Below are positions 15,940 through 24,950 of a DNA stretch of 64,000 nt, piece by piece (positions within the stretch are counted from its first letter, which is position 1; each line of letters starts with the position of its first letter). The notes beneath the pieces were generated by a model. That model did no database searches. It saw only the letters and a program-made list of their open reading frames with translations, and was not told where the DNA came from. The position numbers and the translations under genes are program-made. The DNA is from an uncultured Azospirillum sp. (lineage in GTDB: Bacteria > Pseudomonadota > Alphaproteobacteria > RF32 > CAG-239): NCBI GenBank assembly GCA_900539605.1, contig UQCS01000003.1, positions 7,172-71,171 on the forward strand, written 5' to 3'.

Positions 15940-17604
15940 ATGGCAAATTGGTTTTCCAGAATGTTTCTGGGTTCGGTCGTAATCGGTTCTCTTTCGGGTT
16001 CCTCGGCACAGGCAGCCGATAACAGTCACGCAGATGCCCGGACCGATCCGGTAGAAATTCCGGCAGACGTCCGTAAAGGACTTTCAGACATTCGTATTTT
16101 CAAAAACGTCATCTCGATTGAACGCGATACCCCTCTTCCCGGCAGCTGGAGCGGCGGCGGCCACAATCAGGAAATAAAAGCCCACTACGACCATTCTCAT
16201 CGCAGAGTGGTTTGCCAAACCTATTCTGTCAGTGATCAGATTGCATATCTTCGCGCCCGTCATCACGATGACCAACTTCCGCGTAGTGATTTTGCTGCTG
16301 CTTTGCAAGAATTTCACCAGATGTTAAAAGCAGTCAAATATCCCGGTCCGCTGCCTAAATCACTGGAAGAAGTTCAAAATGTTCTCTCCTCAGCCGAAAC
16401 CGTTTTAAGCAAAAAAAACATGCAAAATGTGCGCCGGGCTGCCTCTGAAACCGGTTTGGAAGCTGCCGCCGACTTCTCTCAATCCATTGAAAATGTCAAT
16501 CGCGAAAATACTTCCCCTCATGTTGTCACACACGAGCTTGAGCACGGACAAACCGCCTTCGTCAAAGAAAAAGCCCTGCTCCCTTCCTCTTTGCTGTCTC
16601 CTCAGGATTATCTGCTGTTCAGCATGGCGGATGAACTCAATTCTTTTTGTAAAGAAGGTGAAATGATGGGAAAAACACCGCAGCAGGTCATCGACGAATT
16701 TCGACGAATTCATCAAGGCGGATATCTGCAACGCAATTCGGAGGCCGTTTTTAATTCTTTCAGTTATTGGAATTCCGAAACTTACAAGCATTCTTATGCT
16801 CAAAATCTTGATTTAAAAGCCGCATTGCAAATTACCGCTGCCACACCGATCGTCTTTGGCGAAACTTTTACCGCAAACCTCAATGGACAGTCTTATGCAA
16901 TATCAAAATGCATTCGCGAGTCGGATCAGAGCTTTTGCTATACCGTTATGGAAGACGGAAAACGGCAGCGTTTGCCCGACGGAAGCACCATTACCGCACC
17001 CGACGGCAAAAAATACGAAGCCAACATCCTGTACGCCTCAAACGGCAAACCGCTGACGGATCGACAAGGCCACAAAAATGCCGGATACGGATACTGGGAT
17101 GAGCAAGAAGGTTGGAGTCTTAAACTGGCCGAAAACCGGATGCAGGCACAAGACAATTTCAGCCACGGCAATTTTGAAAAACTGATGACGGAGAAATTCG
17201 GTGAAAAATCGCCCGACAATACGCTGCGCCGTCTGATCGAAGCCGAACTGGAACAATATCGCCAAAGCCTCGATTATCAAAAGCTGTCCGGCATGTATAC
17301 AACGGAAACGATCGATCCGGCTTATGTGACAGACTGCCAAACCACCCCGCTGACCGACGATTATGTCCGTGCCGGGAATCTGTTCCGCGCCAAGACAAAC
17401 GATAACAATACAAATTTGGTCGACATTACCGATAACTACACCAAACAGGGGATCATCAGCAAACATATTGACTACGCCCGTGCGGCTCTGTCAGACAAAA
17501 GCACAAATCCAGAAACGGCTCAGGCTCGGCAGACTCCCCAAAGCCGCGGCGATTATAATCAGTTTATCGAAACCTACAAACAACTGGGACAACAACGAAA
17601 GTAG
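15940..17604 (+). CDS. Secreted hypothetical protein with a single HExxH motif
   Basis: 554 aa. It has an N-terminal signal peptide (FLGSVVIGSLSGSSAQA-AD) and HELEH at 16531-16545 (residues 198-202). No other family signature recognised. Confidence 0.65.
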   Translation: MANWFSRMFLGSVVIGSLSGSSAQAADNSHADARTDPVEIPADVRKGLSDIRIFKNVISIERDTPLPGSWSGGGHNQEIKAHYDHSHRRVVCQTYSVSDQIAYLRARHHDDQLPRSDFAAALQEFHQMLKAVKYPGPLPKSLEEVQNVLSSAETVLSKKNMQNVRRAASETGLEAAADFSQSIENVNRENTSPHVVTHELEHGQTAFVKEKALLPSSLLSPQDYLLFSMADELNSFCKEGEMMGKTPQQVIDEFRRIHQGGYLQRNSEAVFNSFSYWNSETYKHSYAQNLDLKAALQITAATPIVFGETFTANLNGQSYAISKCIRESDQSFCYTVMEDGKRQRLPDGSTITAPDGKKYEANILYASNGKPLTDRQGHKNAGYGYWDEQEGWSLKLAENRMQAQDNFSHGNFEKLMTEKFGEKSPDNTLRRLIEAELEQYRQSLDYQKLSGMYTTETIDPAYVTDCQTTPLTDDYVRAGNLFRAKTNDNNTNLVDITDNYTKQGIISKHIDYARAALSDKSTNPETAQARQTPQSRGDYNQFIETYKQLGQQRK

Positions 17605-17640
17605 CTTTTATCTTCAAGAATTTTCCCCTGCACGACAACG

Positions 17641-17667
17641 AAAAAGCCCCGCAGTTGCGGGGCTTTT
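17641..17667. terminator. Bidirectional terminator between convergent genes
   Basis: AAAAGCCCCGC AGTT GCGGGGCTTTT. Confidence 0.65.
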
Positions 17668-17692
17668 ATAAAAATGCGGCACTCAGACGGCT

Positions 17693-18454
17693 CTATTCCT
17701 CGGTTTCGTCATCAACCTCGGTTTCATTGTCCGCCGAAATCATCGGAAGGTCGTTTTCTTCTCCCGTCAACTCGTTTTTACGCCGGCGGCCGCGACGTTT
17801 TTTCTGCGGTTTTTTGCGTTGCACGGCACTGATAACGTAATTGCCGGCAATTTTATACAAATCGGTCAAATGCCCGTTATACATATGGTCACCGTCTTCG
17901 ATCATCGCAAAATCAACCTCGACGCTGCGCTGTCCGTTAAGCCGCTTGGCCAAAGCCGATACCGTTGCCGGCGTGACAATTTCGTCCTGTCCACCCTGAA
18001 CAATCAGCCCCGAAGTCGGGCATGGCGCCAGAAAAGAAAAATCTTTTTCGTTGGCCGGCGGAGAAACGGCAATAAAATTGTTGATATCGGGACGACGCAT
18101 CAACAACTGCAGCCCGACCCACGCGCCGAAAGAATAACCCGCAATCCAGCATTGACGCGCTTCCGGATTTACCGACTGCAGCCAGTCAAGAGCCACCGTT
18201 GCGTCCGAAAGTTCGCCCGGACCGTCTTCAAACTGCCCCTGCGAACGGCCGACGCCGCGAAAATTGAAACGAAGAACCGAAAACCCCAGATCTTTAAAAC
18301 AACTGAACAAAGCATACACAACCTTATTGCTCATTGTTCCGCCGTATTGGGGATGGGGATGCAAAATCAGGGCAATCGGCGCGCCGGGACGGCTGCTTTG
18401 ATGATAACGTCCCTCTATTCTGCCGGCATGGCCGTTAAACAATACTTCTGTCAT
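17693..18454 (-). CDS. Alpha/beta hydrolase (COG2945-like) with a highly charged C-terminal tail
   Basis: 253 aa with HPHPQYGGTM and the GYSFGA nucleophile elbow. The tail reads RKKPQKKRRGRRRKNELTGEENDLPMISADNETEVDDETEE. Confidence 0.8.
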   Translation of the reverse strand: MTEVLFNGHAGRIEGRYHQSSRPGAPIALILHPHPQYGGTMSNKVVYALFSCFKDLGFSVLRFNFRGVGRSQGQFEDGPGELSDATVALDWLQSVNPEARQCWIAGYSFGAWVGLQLLMRRPDINNFIAVSPPANEKDFSFLAPCPTSGLIVQGGQDEIVTPATVSALAKRLNGQRSVEVDFAMIEDGDHMYNGHLTDLYKIAGNYVISAVQRKKPQKKRRGRRRKNELTGEENDLPMISADNETEVDDETEE

Positions 18455-18685
18455 CTGGCAATCTCTTTTAAATCTTGAATTTAGTCATTTTTGTTATACA
18501 ATATATTTAAATACTGTATAAAACGTTAATTTTAGGGAATATATCACATATCAACCGCAAAATACAAGCATAATCTTTCTCGACGGCAGGCGGTAAGGGC
18601 TTTTTTAAGATGTAACCGAAATGTAACTATTATTTTTGATTAATATATGCTACTATAACCATAGTGGAACATTGTGGAGGCAAGA

Positions 18686-19288
18686 ATGAAAAAATTATTC
18701 AGTATTTTGGCAATGGCTGCGGCTTTGGTAACCGCCAAAGGCGTATCAGCCCAATTGCCGGCCAACCCTTGGGATATCAGCCCTAACGACGGAACTTTTG
18801 ATAACGTCGATTACTCAACCACAACCCGGGATTCCGTAACTAACGCACCAATGTACAGCAACGGTCCGACCGACGGCGAAGTTCTTCCGGTAGATCCGTG
18901 GGCCAAAGCCCGCGATAAAAGCGGCATTGAAACCTGGCGCGGTTCCGCCCAGCACGGCCGCTTGAATTACATCGGCGAAGCAACCACTTACAGCGATGCT
19001 CAGGGACAAGAAATGATTGCGCCGGAAGTTAACCGCCACAATATGCTGGTTGCCTTGGAACATCTGAGAAAACTCGGCTACAAGATTCCTGACAGTTATG
19101 ACCAGAAGATCAAAAATCTTCCCAACGCCTATCGCCAAATCCTGCGCGAAAACTATGAAAATGTCCACAGCGCCGACGATCCGTTCGGAAAAAGCTTTGT
19201 TCATATCATGGACGGCATTGAAGAAGGAACCGGACTCGACCTGGAAAACATTTTGTTTAACTCGCTTAATATTTTAGGCACGGACTAA
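18686..19288 (+). CDS. Secreted hypothetical protein
   Basis: Signal peptide MKKLFSILAMAAALVTAKGVSAQ. A GGAGG RBS precedes the ATG at 18686; the track start at 18674 is a GTG inside the RBS region. Confidence 0.6.
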   Translation: MKKLFSILAMAAALVTAKGVSAQLPANPWDISPNDGTFDNVDYSTTTRDSVTNAPMYSNGPTDGEVLPVDPWAKARDKSGIETWRGSAQHGRLNYIGEATTYSDAQGQEMIAPEVNRHNMLVALEHLRKLGYKIPDSYDQKIKNLPNAYRQILRENYENVHSADDPFGKSFVHIMDGIEEGTGLDLENILFNSLNILGTD

Positions 19289-19300
19289 AGAGGTTTTGCC

Positions 19301-19654
19301 ATGATGCGTATGTTGGTTGTCCTTTCCGTCTTTTGTTTCGGTATTTCCGCCGCCGAGGCGCAATACAATCCTGATGCAAATGCCGAGCTTGTCGCTGCCC
19401 GAACCGTTGTTAAGGAAATCCGGACTAAAGACGTGGTCACCGCTGCCAAACCGCTCAATAACAAAATTGACTACATTGCTGGCCGGTATGATGCCGGAGA
19501 ACTACGGGCGCTGATCAAAAACTATGAGAAAACCAACAAAAAAATCGCGGCCCGACAAGGCAAGGCTTATCTTCCTTATGACCGCAAAATTGACGTCAAC
19601 AATCCGCAAAAGGTCAAACGTTATTTCCGCAACCGCGTAGATATTGTTTTCTGA
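19301..19654 (+). CDS. Small secreted hypothetical protein
   Basis: 117 aa with signal peptide MMRMLVVLSVFCFGISAAEA. It starts 12 nt after the preceding gene and is followed by a strong terminator. Confidence 0.55.
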   Translation: MMRMLVVLSVFCFGISAAEAQYNPDANAELVAARTVVKEIRTKDVVTAAKPLNNKIDYIAGRYDAGELRALIKNYEKTNKKIAARQGKAYLPYDRKIDVNNPQKVKRYFRNRVDIVF

Positions 19655-19677
19655 TCTCTTTCTCGTCTCCAACATTT

Positions 19678-19711
19678 TAAACATCCCCCCCCTGTTTCGG
19701 GGATGTTTTTT
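19678..19711 (+). terminator. Rho-independent terminator
   Basis: AAACATCCCC ... GGGGATGTTT followed by a T-run. Confidence 0.65.
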
Positions 19712-19888
19712 TATCCGCCCCTATCTTTCCCATATCAGATTTTATGTTTTTTTCCTACAACTACCGAAGCAAGAAACGGTTATATATTCAAGATACGAAA
19801 AAACTTGCAATTTTTTTTATTCAGAATATATACATACCTGACAGAATGTATAATTTATCAACAAGAGTAACCCAACGAAAGTATAAAA

Positions 19889-21025
19889 ATGAAAGAGATT
19901 ATTAAAAAAATCGGGGATTTGTCTATTCCTCTGATTGTCGGTATTGTAGCAGCCCTGGTGTGGGCAAACATTGACGCTTCGTCTTACAACCGCGTAATAT
20001 ACGCCCCTCTCGCCTTCGGGGTTAATTTTCATTTTTTGGTCAACGATGTTTTTCTGGTTTTGTTTTTCGGCTCGGTCAGCATCGAGATCGTACACGGGGT
20101 TGCTCCGGGCGGAAACCTGTACCCGGTCAAAAATACCGTCAGCAACCTGTTGGGGGCACTGGGAGGGGTTCTGTTTCCGATCGTCATTTTCTTTGTGCTT
20201 AATCATTTTTTCGGATCACCTGCTTATAACAACGGCTGGGCGATTCCGACCGCAACCGATGTTGCCATCTCGCTGTTGTTTGCCCAAATCATCTTTGGGC
20301 GCAAACATCCGGCATTCACTTTTCTGCTGTTACTGGCAATTGCCGATGATGTTGCCGGGCTGGCTATTATTGCCTTGTTTTATCCCGATCCCGAGCTTCC
20401 GGTCGAACTGCCGTGGCTGTCACTGGTCTTTGTCGCTGTTGCGGTTGCGTGGCTTTTGAACAAACACCGGGTAAGATCTTACTGGTTCTACCTGCTTGCC
20501 GGCGTTTTGTCATGGATCGGTCTGCACGAAGCCAACATGCATCCGTCGCTGGCTCTGATCTTCATTATTCCCTTTATACCCCACACGCCCAAACCGGGAC
20601 AAGAGCGCTGCCCGACCGAGTTGGACCGTTTTGAAGCCGATTTTAAACCGATTGTCGATTATGGGCTTTTTTTCTTCGGGCTCAGCAATGCCGGTGTCGT
20701 TTTTTCCAGTATTTCCGTCTTAACTTTCATTATTTTCATTGCCTTGTTGTTTGGCAAAACATTCGGAATTTTTGCACTGGTCAAGTTGGCCGGTCTGATG
20801 AAATTCAACATCAATCCTGCAATTACCAACCTGGACCTGCTGCTGATCGGCATGACAGCCGGGATCGGCCTTACGGTCTCCCTGTTTATTGCCGAAATTG
20901 CTTATACCGATCTGGTTGTCGGCGATGCAGCCAAAATGGGGGCTTTGTTCAGCTTGTTTAACGGCTTTATTGCCATTGCCGCTGCAAAGCTGCTGCGCCG
21001 TCATCGCGAGCCTGAACATATCTGA
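19889..21025 (+). CDS. nhaA: Na+/H+ antiporter NhaA
   Basis: 378 aa. GWAIPTATDVAISL and LLLAIADDVAGLAIIALFY correspond to the NhaA TM IV/V signature, including the DD pair. Confidence 0.9.
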   Translation: MKEIIKKIGDLSIPLIVGIVAALVWANIDASSYNRVIYAPLAFGVNFHFLVNDVFLVLFFGSVSIEIVHGVAPGGNLYPVKNTVSNLLGALGGVLFPIVIFFVLNHFFGSPAYNNGWAIPTATDVAISLLFAQIIFGRKHPAFTFLLLLAIADDVAGLAIIALFYPDPELPVELPWLSLVFVAVAVAWLLNKHRVRSYWFYLLAGVLSWIGLHEANMHPSLALIFIIPFIPHTPKPGQERCPTELDRFEADFKPIVDYGLFFFGLSNAGVVFSSISVLTFIIFIALLFGKTFGIFALVKLAGLMKFNINPAITNLDLLLIGMTAGIGLTVSLFIAEIAYTDLVVGDAAKMGALFSLFNGFIAIAAAKLLRRHREPEHI

Positions 21026-21049
21026 ATTTTGAATTTCCGCTTACTTTCC

Positions 21050-21079
21050 GAAAACCCGTTCGCCGCCGGACGGGTTTTT
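21050..21079 (+). terminator. Rho-independent terminator after nhaA
   Basis: AAAACCCGT ... ACGGGTTTT hairpin followed by T's. Confidence 0.55.
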
Positions 21080-21186
21080 CACATTTATACTTTCGATTAA
21101 CAAAACACCTTTTTTACAAAAATTAACACTTTATTTTCTTTTTCCTTTTAAAATTCTTTTATCTGTTTCATAGAAGAGAATTGAAT

Positions 21187-22398
21187 ATGTTATCTTTCCG
21201 CTGCTTTATTGCTCTGTTTTTATTGACGTTTCTTGTGCCGACAACCGCAAACGCCGCTCGTCGTTCGCCGGCTTCCAGCATTGTTGTCAACGCTAAAACC
21301 GGAGAAGTTTTGTCATCGCAAAATGCTGATGCACCGCATCATCCGGCTTCGTTGACAAAGCTGATGACACTGTATATTACTTTTGAAGCTTTGGAGAAAG
21401 GAATTATCAAAATGGATGACCTGCTCCCGGTTTCGCAAAATGCTGCCAACCGTTCGCCGTCTCGTCTCGGTGTCAAACCGGGCAACAAGCTGAAAGTCAG
21501 CACCGCCATTGATGCCCTGATCATTAAATCGGCCAACGATTGCGCTACCGTGCTGGCAGAAGGACTCGGTTACAGCGAACCCAAATTTGCCGAAAAGATG
21601 ACCGAAGTCGCCAAGGCACTGGGAATGAAAAATACCGTTTTCAAAAACGCCTCCGGCCTTCCCAACCGTCAGCAAATTACGACAGCGCGCGATATGGCAA
21701 CTCTGGCAGCGGCCGTTTATTATCATTTTCCGCAATACTACGATCTTTTTTCCCGCACTCAGTTTTCATATGACGGCAAAACATATTACACCCACAATCA
21801 TCTCTTAAAAAGCTTTGAAGGCGCCGACGGCATGAAAACCGGTTACATTGCTTCGTCCGGGTACAATATCGTCACTTCTGCTCAGCGCGACGGCGAACGG
21901 GTCATTGCCGTCACCCTTGGACATAATACGCTCAAAGAACGTGACCGTGCCGCCGCCAAGCTGATGGAACAGGCTTTTGGCAAACTGGCTCTTAACGATG
22001 TAGCCGCTGTAACGCCGGTATTTGCCAAACTCGAAAACAACGATTTCAAACTGGCCGAACTGACAAAAGAAGAAATCTCTGCTGCCTCCGAAGACACTGT
22101 GTCCGCACAACCGACCCCGGCCGATGCGATCTGGGCAGTTCAAGTCGGCGCTTTCAGCAACTATGCCAAAGCCCGGGTCTATGCACTCAAAATCCGCCGT
22201 CAGTTTCCGCAATTTAAGGACCGCCGCATTGCGGTAGAACCGGCTCAAACGGCTTCTTCAATCATTTATCGCTCCAAACTGGTCGGCTTTGATAAAAAAG
22301 ATGCGGGAGAAATATGCAAAAATTTGCAAAAGTCGAACAAGTCCTGTATAGTCGTTCCGATTCAAACAGATTCGCAACTTACATTGGCGGTAAAATAA
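21187..22398 (+). CDS. D-alanyl-D-alanine carboxypeptidase (S11, PBP5/6-like) fused to a C-terminal SPOR domain
   Basis: It has a signal peptide and the three active-site motifs: SLTKLMT (SxxK), KSANDCA (SxN) and MKTGYI (KTG). The C-terminal WAVQVGAFSNYAKARVYA...YRSKLVGFDKKDAGEICKNL...CIVV is SPOR-like. Confidence 0.85.
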   Translation: MLSFRCFIALFLLTFLVPTTANAARRSPASSIVVNAKTGEVLSSQNADAPHHPASLTKLMTLYITFEALEKGIIKMDDLLPVSQNAANRSPSRLGVKPGNKLKVSTAIDALIIKSANDCATVLAEGLGYSEPKFAEKMTEVAKALGMKNTVFKNASGLPNRQQITTARDMATLAAAVYYHFPQYYDLFSRTQFSYDGKTYYTHNHLLKSFEGADGMKTGYIASSGYNIVTSAQRDGERVIAVTLGHNTLKERDRAAAKLMEQAFGKLALNDVAAVTPVFAKLENNDFKLAELTKEEISAASEDTVSAQPTPADAIWAVQVGAFSNYAKARVYALKIRRQFPQFKDRRIAVEPAQTASSIIYRSKLVGFDKKDAGEICKNLQKSNKSCIVVPIQTDSQLTLAVK

Positions 22399-22401
22399 CA
22401 A

Positions 22402-23196
22402 ATGAGCGACAGACAGGCACACACAATCGTTATCAGCAACGAAAAAGGCGGAACCGGCAAATCGACCATCTCTATGCATTTGGCGGTAAAGCTGATGCAG
22501 GAAGGTTTCAGCACCGCCGTCGTCGACATGGACGGACGTCAGGGAACCTTGTCCCATTATGTTGACAACCGGCGCCGTTTTTGCGCCGACCACGGGCTGC
22601 AACTTCCCATCCCCGAACTGCATACGTTTGCTCCGGTCGAAAACATTGCGGACATAGAGAACCATTGTAACGAAACCAACCGAAAAATCCGCGCCTTGCT
22701 GCCGCAGTTTGACGCTGTGTTAATCGATACGCCCGGCAACAAGAATTATCTGTTTGAACAAGCTCATAAATATGCCGATACGCTCATCACTCCGATTTCT
22801 GACAGCCTGATCGATCTGAACGTTATTTCAGAAATCAATTGCGCCCGTCCCGACGAACGTCATGCCGGCCACTATGCTCAATATATCTGGGACGTCAAAA
22901 AATATTTGGCTTCTCACGGCAAACCGATGCTGAACTGGATTGTTGTCGGCAACAAAATATCTTCGTTAAACTCGCGTAACAAAAATCAGGTTTTTGACTA
23001 CCTGCAGAAGGCGGCCCGCACTTACGGTTTCAGAGTGGCTCCGTCAATTCGTGACCGTGTCATTTACAAAGAACTCTTTTTGCAGGGACTGACGGTTCTT
23101 GACATGAATCACGAGGCTCTGAAATGCCGCCTCAGTGTTTCGCACATTGCGGCCAAACAGGAAATTAAAAATCTGGCAGAATTTATTTGCCCGTAA
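22402..23196 (+). CDS. mipZ: ParA-family ATPase MipZ (division-plane positioning)
   Basis: 264 aa with a NEKGGTGKSTISMHLA deviant Walker A, IDTPG and IRDRVIYKELFLQGLTVLDM. This closely matches the MipZ pattern and not ParA/MinD. Confidence 0.8.
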   Translation: MSDRQAHTIVISNEKGGTGKSTISMHLAVKLMQEGFSTAVVDMDGRQGTLSHYVDNRRRFCADHGLQLPIPELHTFAPVENIADIENHCNETNRKIRALLPQFDAVLIDTPGNKNYLFEQAHKYADTLITPISDSLIDLNVISEINCARPDERHAGHYAQYIWDVKKYLASHGKPMLNWIVVGNKISSLNSRNKNQVFDYLQKAARTYGFRVAPSIRDRVIYKELFLQGLTVLDMNHEALKCRLSVSHIAAKQEIKNLAEFICP

Positions 23197-23318
23197 AAAT
23201 CATTTCAGGCTGCATTTTCCAAAATAATAGTTAGTAAAACCAAGCTTTCTCTTGAGTCTCGGCCAAATGGTGTTAAATTACCAAACATCATATCAACACG
23301 TATTTTTAAGGAGAGATT

Positions 23319-24935
23319 ATGATACAAGTTATTTCAACCACCCCCTACACCGACCAGAAGATGGGAACGGCAGGATTGAGAAAAAAATCCAAAGTTGTGA
23401 TGCAGGAACATTACTTTGAAAATTTCCTGCAAAGCATATTCAATACCATTAACCCGGCGGGAAAAACTTTTATTGTCGGCGGTGACGGCCGTTTTTATAA
23501 TGACATTGCGATCCAGAAACTGATTAAAATGGCTGCCGCCAACGGCGTCAAAAAACTGATCATCGGCCAAAACGGTTTTCTGTCAACACCGGCTGCATCC
23601 AACCTGATTTTGAAAAAACACACTGACGGCGGTTTCGTTCTTTCGGCATCCCATAATCCGGGCGGCGAAAACGGCGATTTCGGCATCAAGTTTGCCACCG
23701 AAACCGGCGGTCAGTGTTCCAGCCAGATCAGCGATCAGATCTTTGCCAATTCGCAAACCATTTCGGAGTTCAAAACTTTTGATGCTCCCGACGTCGATTT
23801 GAGCCGTATCGGTACCCAGAAACTGGGCGAAATGGAAATCGAAGTGATGGATCCGATTTCCGATTACGTCACTTTGATGCAGCAGATTTTCGACTTTGAA
23901 CAAATAAAAAAAATGTTCGACAACGGTTTTACCATGCGTTTTGACTCGATGAACGCGGTAACCGGTCCCTACGCCATCCGTATTTTTGAAGAAATTCTCG
24001 GTGCGGCAAAGGGCTCGGTCTTAAATGCGACCCCCAAACCCGATTTCGGCGGTCTGCATCCGGATCCGAATCTGGTTTATGCCAAAGAACTGGTTAACCT
24101 AATGTATGCCGACAATGCTCCCGATTTTGGTGCAGCCAATGATGGCGACGGCGACCGCAACATGATTCTGGGTAAGAAATTTTTTGTTACCCCGAGTGAC
24201 AGTCTGGCCATTCTGACCGACAACTATAATCTGATCCCCGCTTATAAAAACGGCATTTACGGCGTGGCCAAGTCGATGGCAACCTCCACCGCCGTCGCCC
24301 GTGTTGCCGCTGCTAAAAACATTGGTTATTATGAAGTGCCGACCGGTTGGAAATACTTTGTCAATCTGATGGATTCTAATCGCATCACCTTCTGCGGCGA
24401 AGAAAGCTTCGGCACCGGTTCCAGCCACATCCGCGAAAAAGACGGCATCTGGGCCGTTTTGTTCTGGCTCAACATCATTGCCGCCACCGGCAAAAGCGTT
24501 GAAGAAATTACCCGTGCCCACTGGGAAAAATACGGCCGCAGCTACTATCTGCGTTTTGACTTCGACGGTATTCCGACCGATGTCGCCGGTCAACTAATGA
24601 AAGACCTGGAAGCCAAATTGCCGTCCCTGGACGATCAGAAGATCGGTTCATACGAAGTCAGCAAGGCGGAAAGCTTCGTCTACAATGATCCGGTCGATCA
24701 TTCTTCCACCGCCAACGGCCTGCGTATTCTGTTCAAAGACGGCTCCCGGATCGTTTACCGCTTATCCGGAACTTCCAGCAGCGGCGCCACTCTTCGCGTT
24801 TACATTGAGAAATTCAGCCGTGACAATCTGTCAGACGAACCGCGTGAGATGGTGGACGAATTACTAAAAATCGCTTCTGAAATTGCCGAAATCGAAAAAC
24901 GCACCGGCAAAAAAGAGGCTGATGTAACCACATAG
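23319..24935 (+). CDS. pgm: Phosphoglucomutase (alpha-D-glucose phosphate specific)
   Basis: 538 aa with GTAGLRKK, SASHNPGG (phosphoserine loop), GAANDGDGDRNMI and CGEESFG. Confidence 0.92.
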   Translation: MIQVISTTPYTDQKMGTAGLRKKSKVVMQEHYFENFLQSIFNTINPAGKTFIVGGDGRFYNDIAIQKLIKMAAANGVKKLIIGQNGFLSTPAASNLILKKHTDGGFVLSASHNPGGENGDFGIKFATETGGQCSSQISDQIFANSQTISEFKTFDAPDVDLSRIGTQKLGEMEIEVMDPISDYVTLMQQIFDFEQIKKMFDNGFTMRFDSMNAVTGPYAIRIFEEILGAAKGSVLNATPKPDFGGLHPDPNLVYAKELVNLMYADNAPDFGAANDGDGDRNMILGKKFFVTPSDSLAILTDNYNLIPAYKNGIYGVAKSMATSTAVARVAAAKNIGYYEVPTGWKYFVNLMDSNRITFCGEESFGTGSSHIREKDGIWAVLFWLNIIAATGKSVEEITRAHWEKYGRSYYLRFDFDGIPTDVAGQLMKDLEAKLPSLDDQKIGSYEVSKAESFVYNDPVDHSSTANGLRILFKDGSRIVYRLSGTSSSGATLRVYIEKFSRDNLSDEPREMVDELLKIASEIAEIEKRTGKKEADVTT

Positions 24936-24950
24936 AAAGGGTTGCATCCG

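Noticed and set aside
17819-18478. 219-aa plus-strand ORF
   Set aside because: It is antisense to the alpha/beta hydrolase gene, which has a clear nucleophile elbow.
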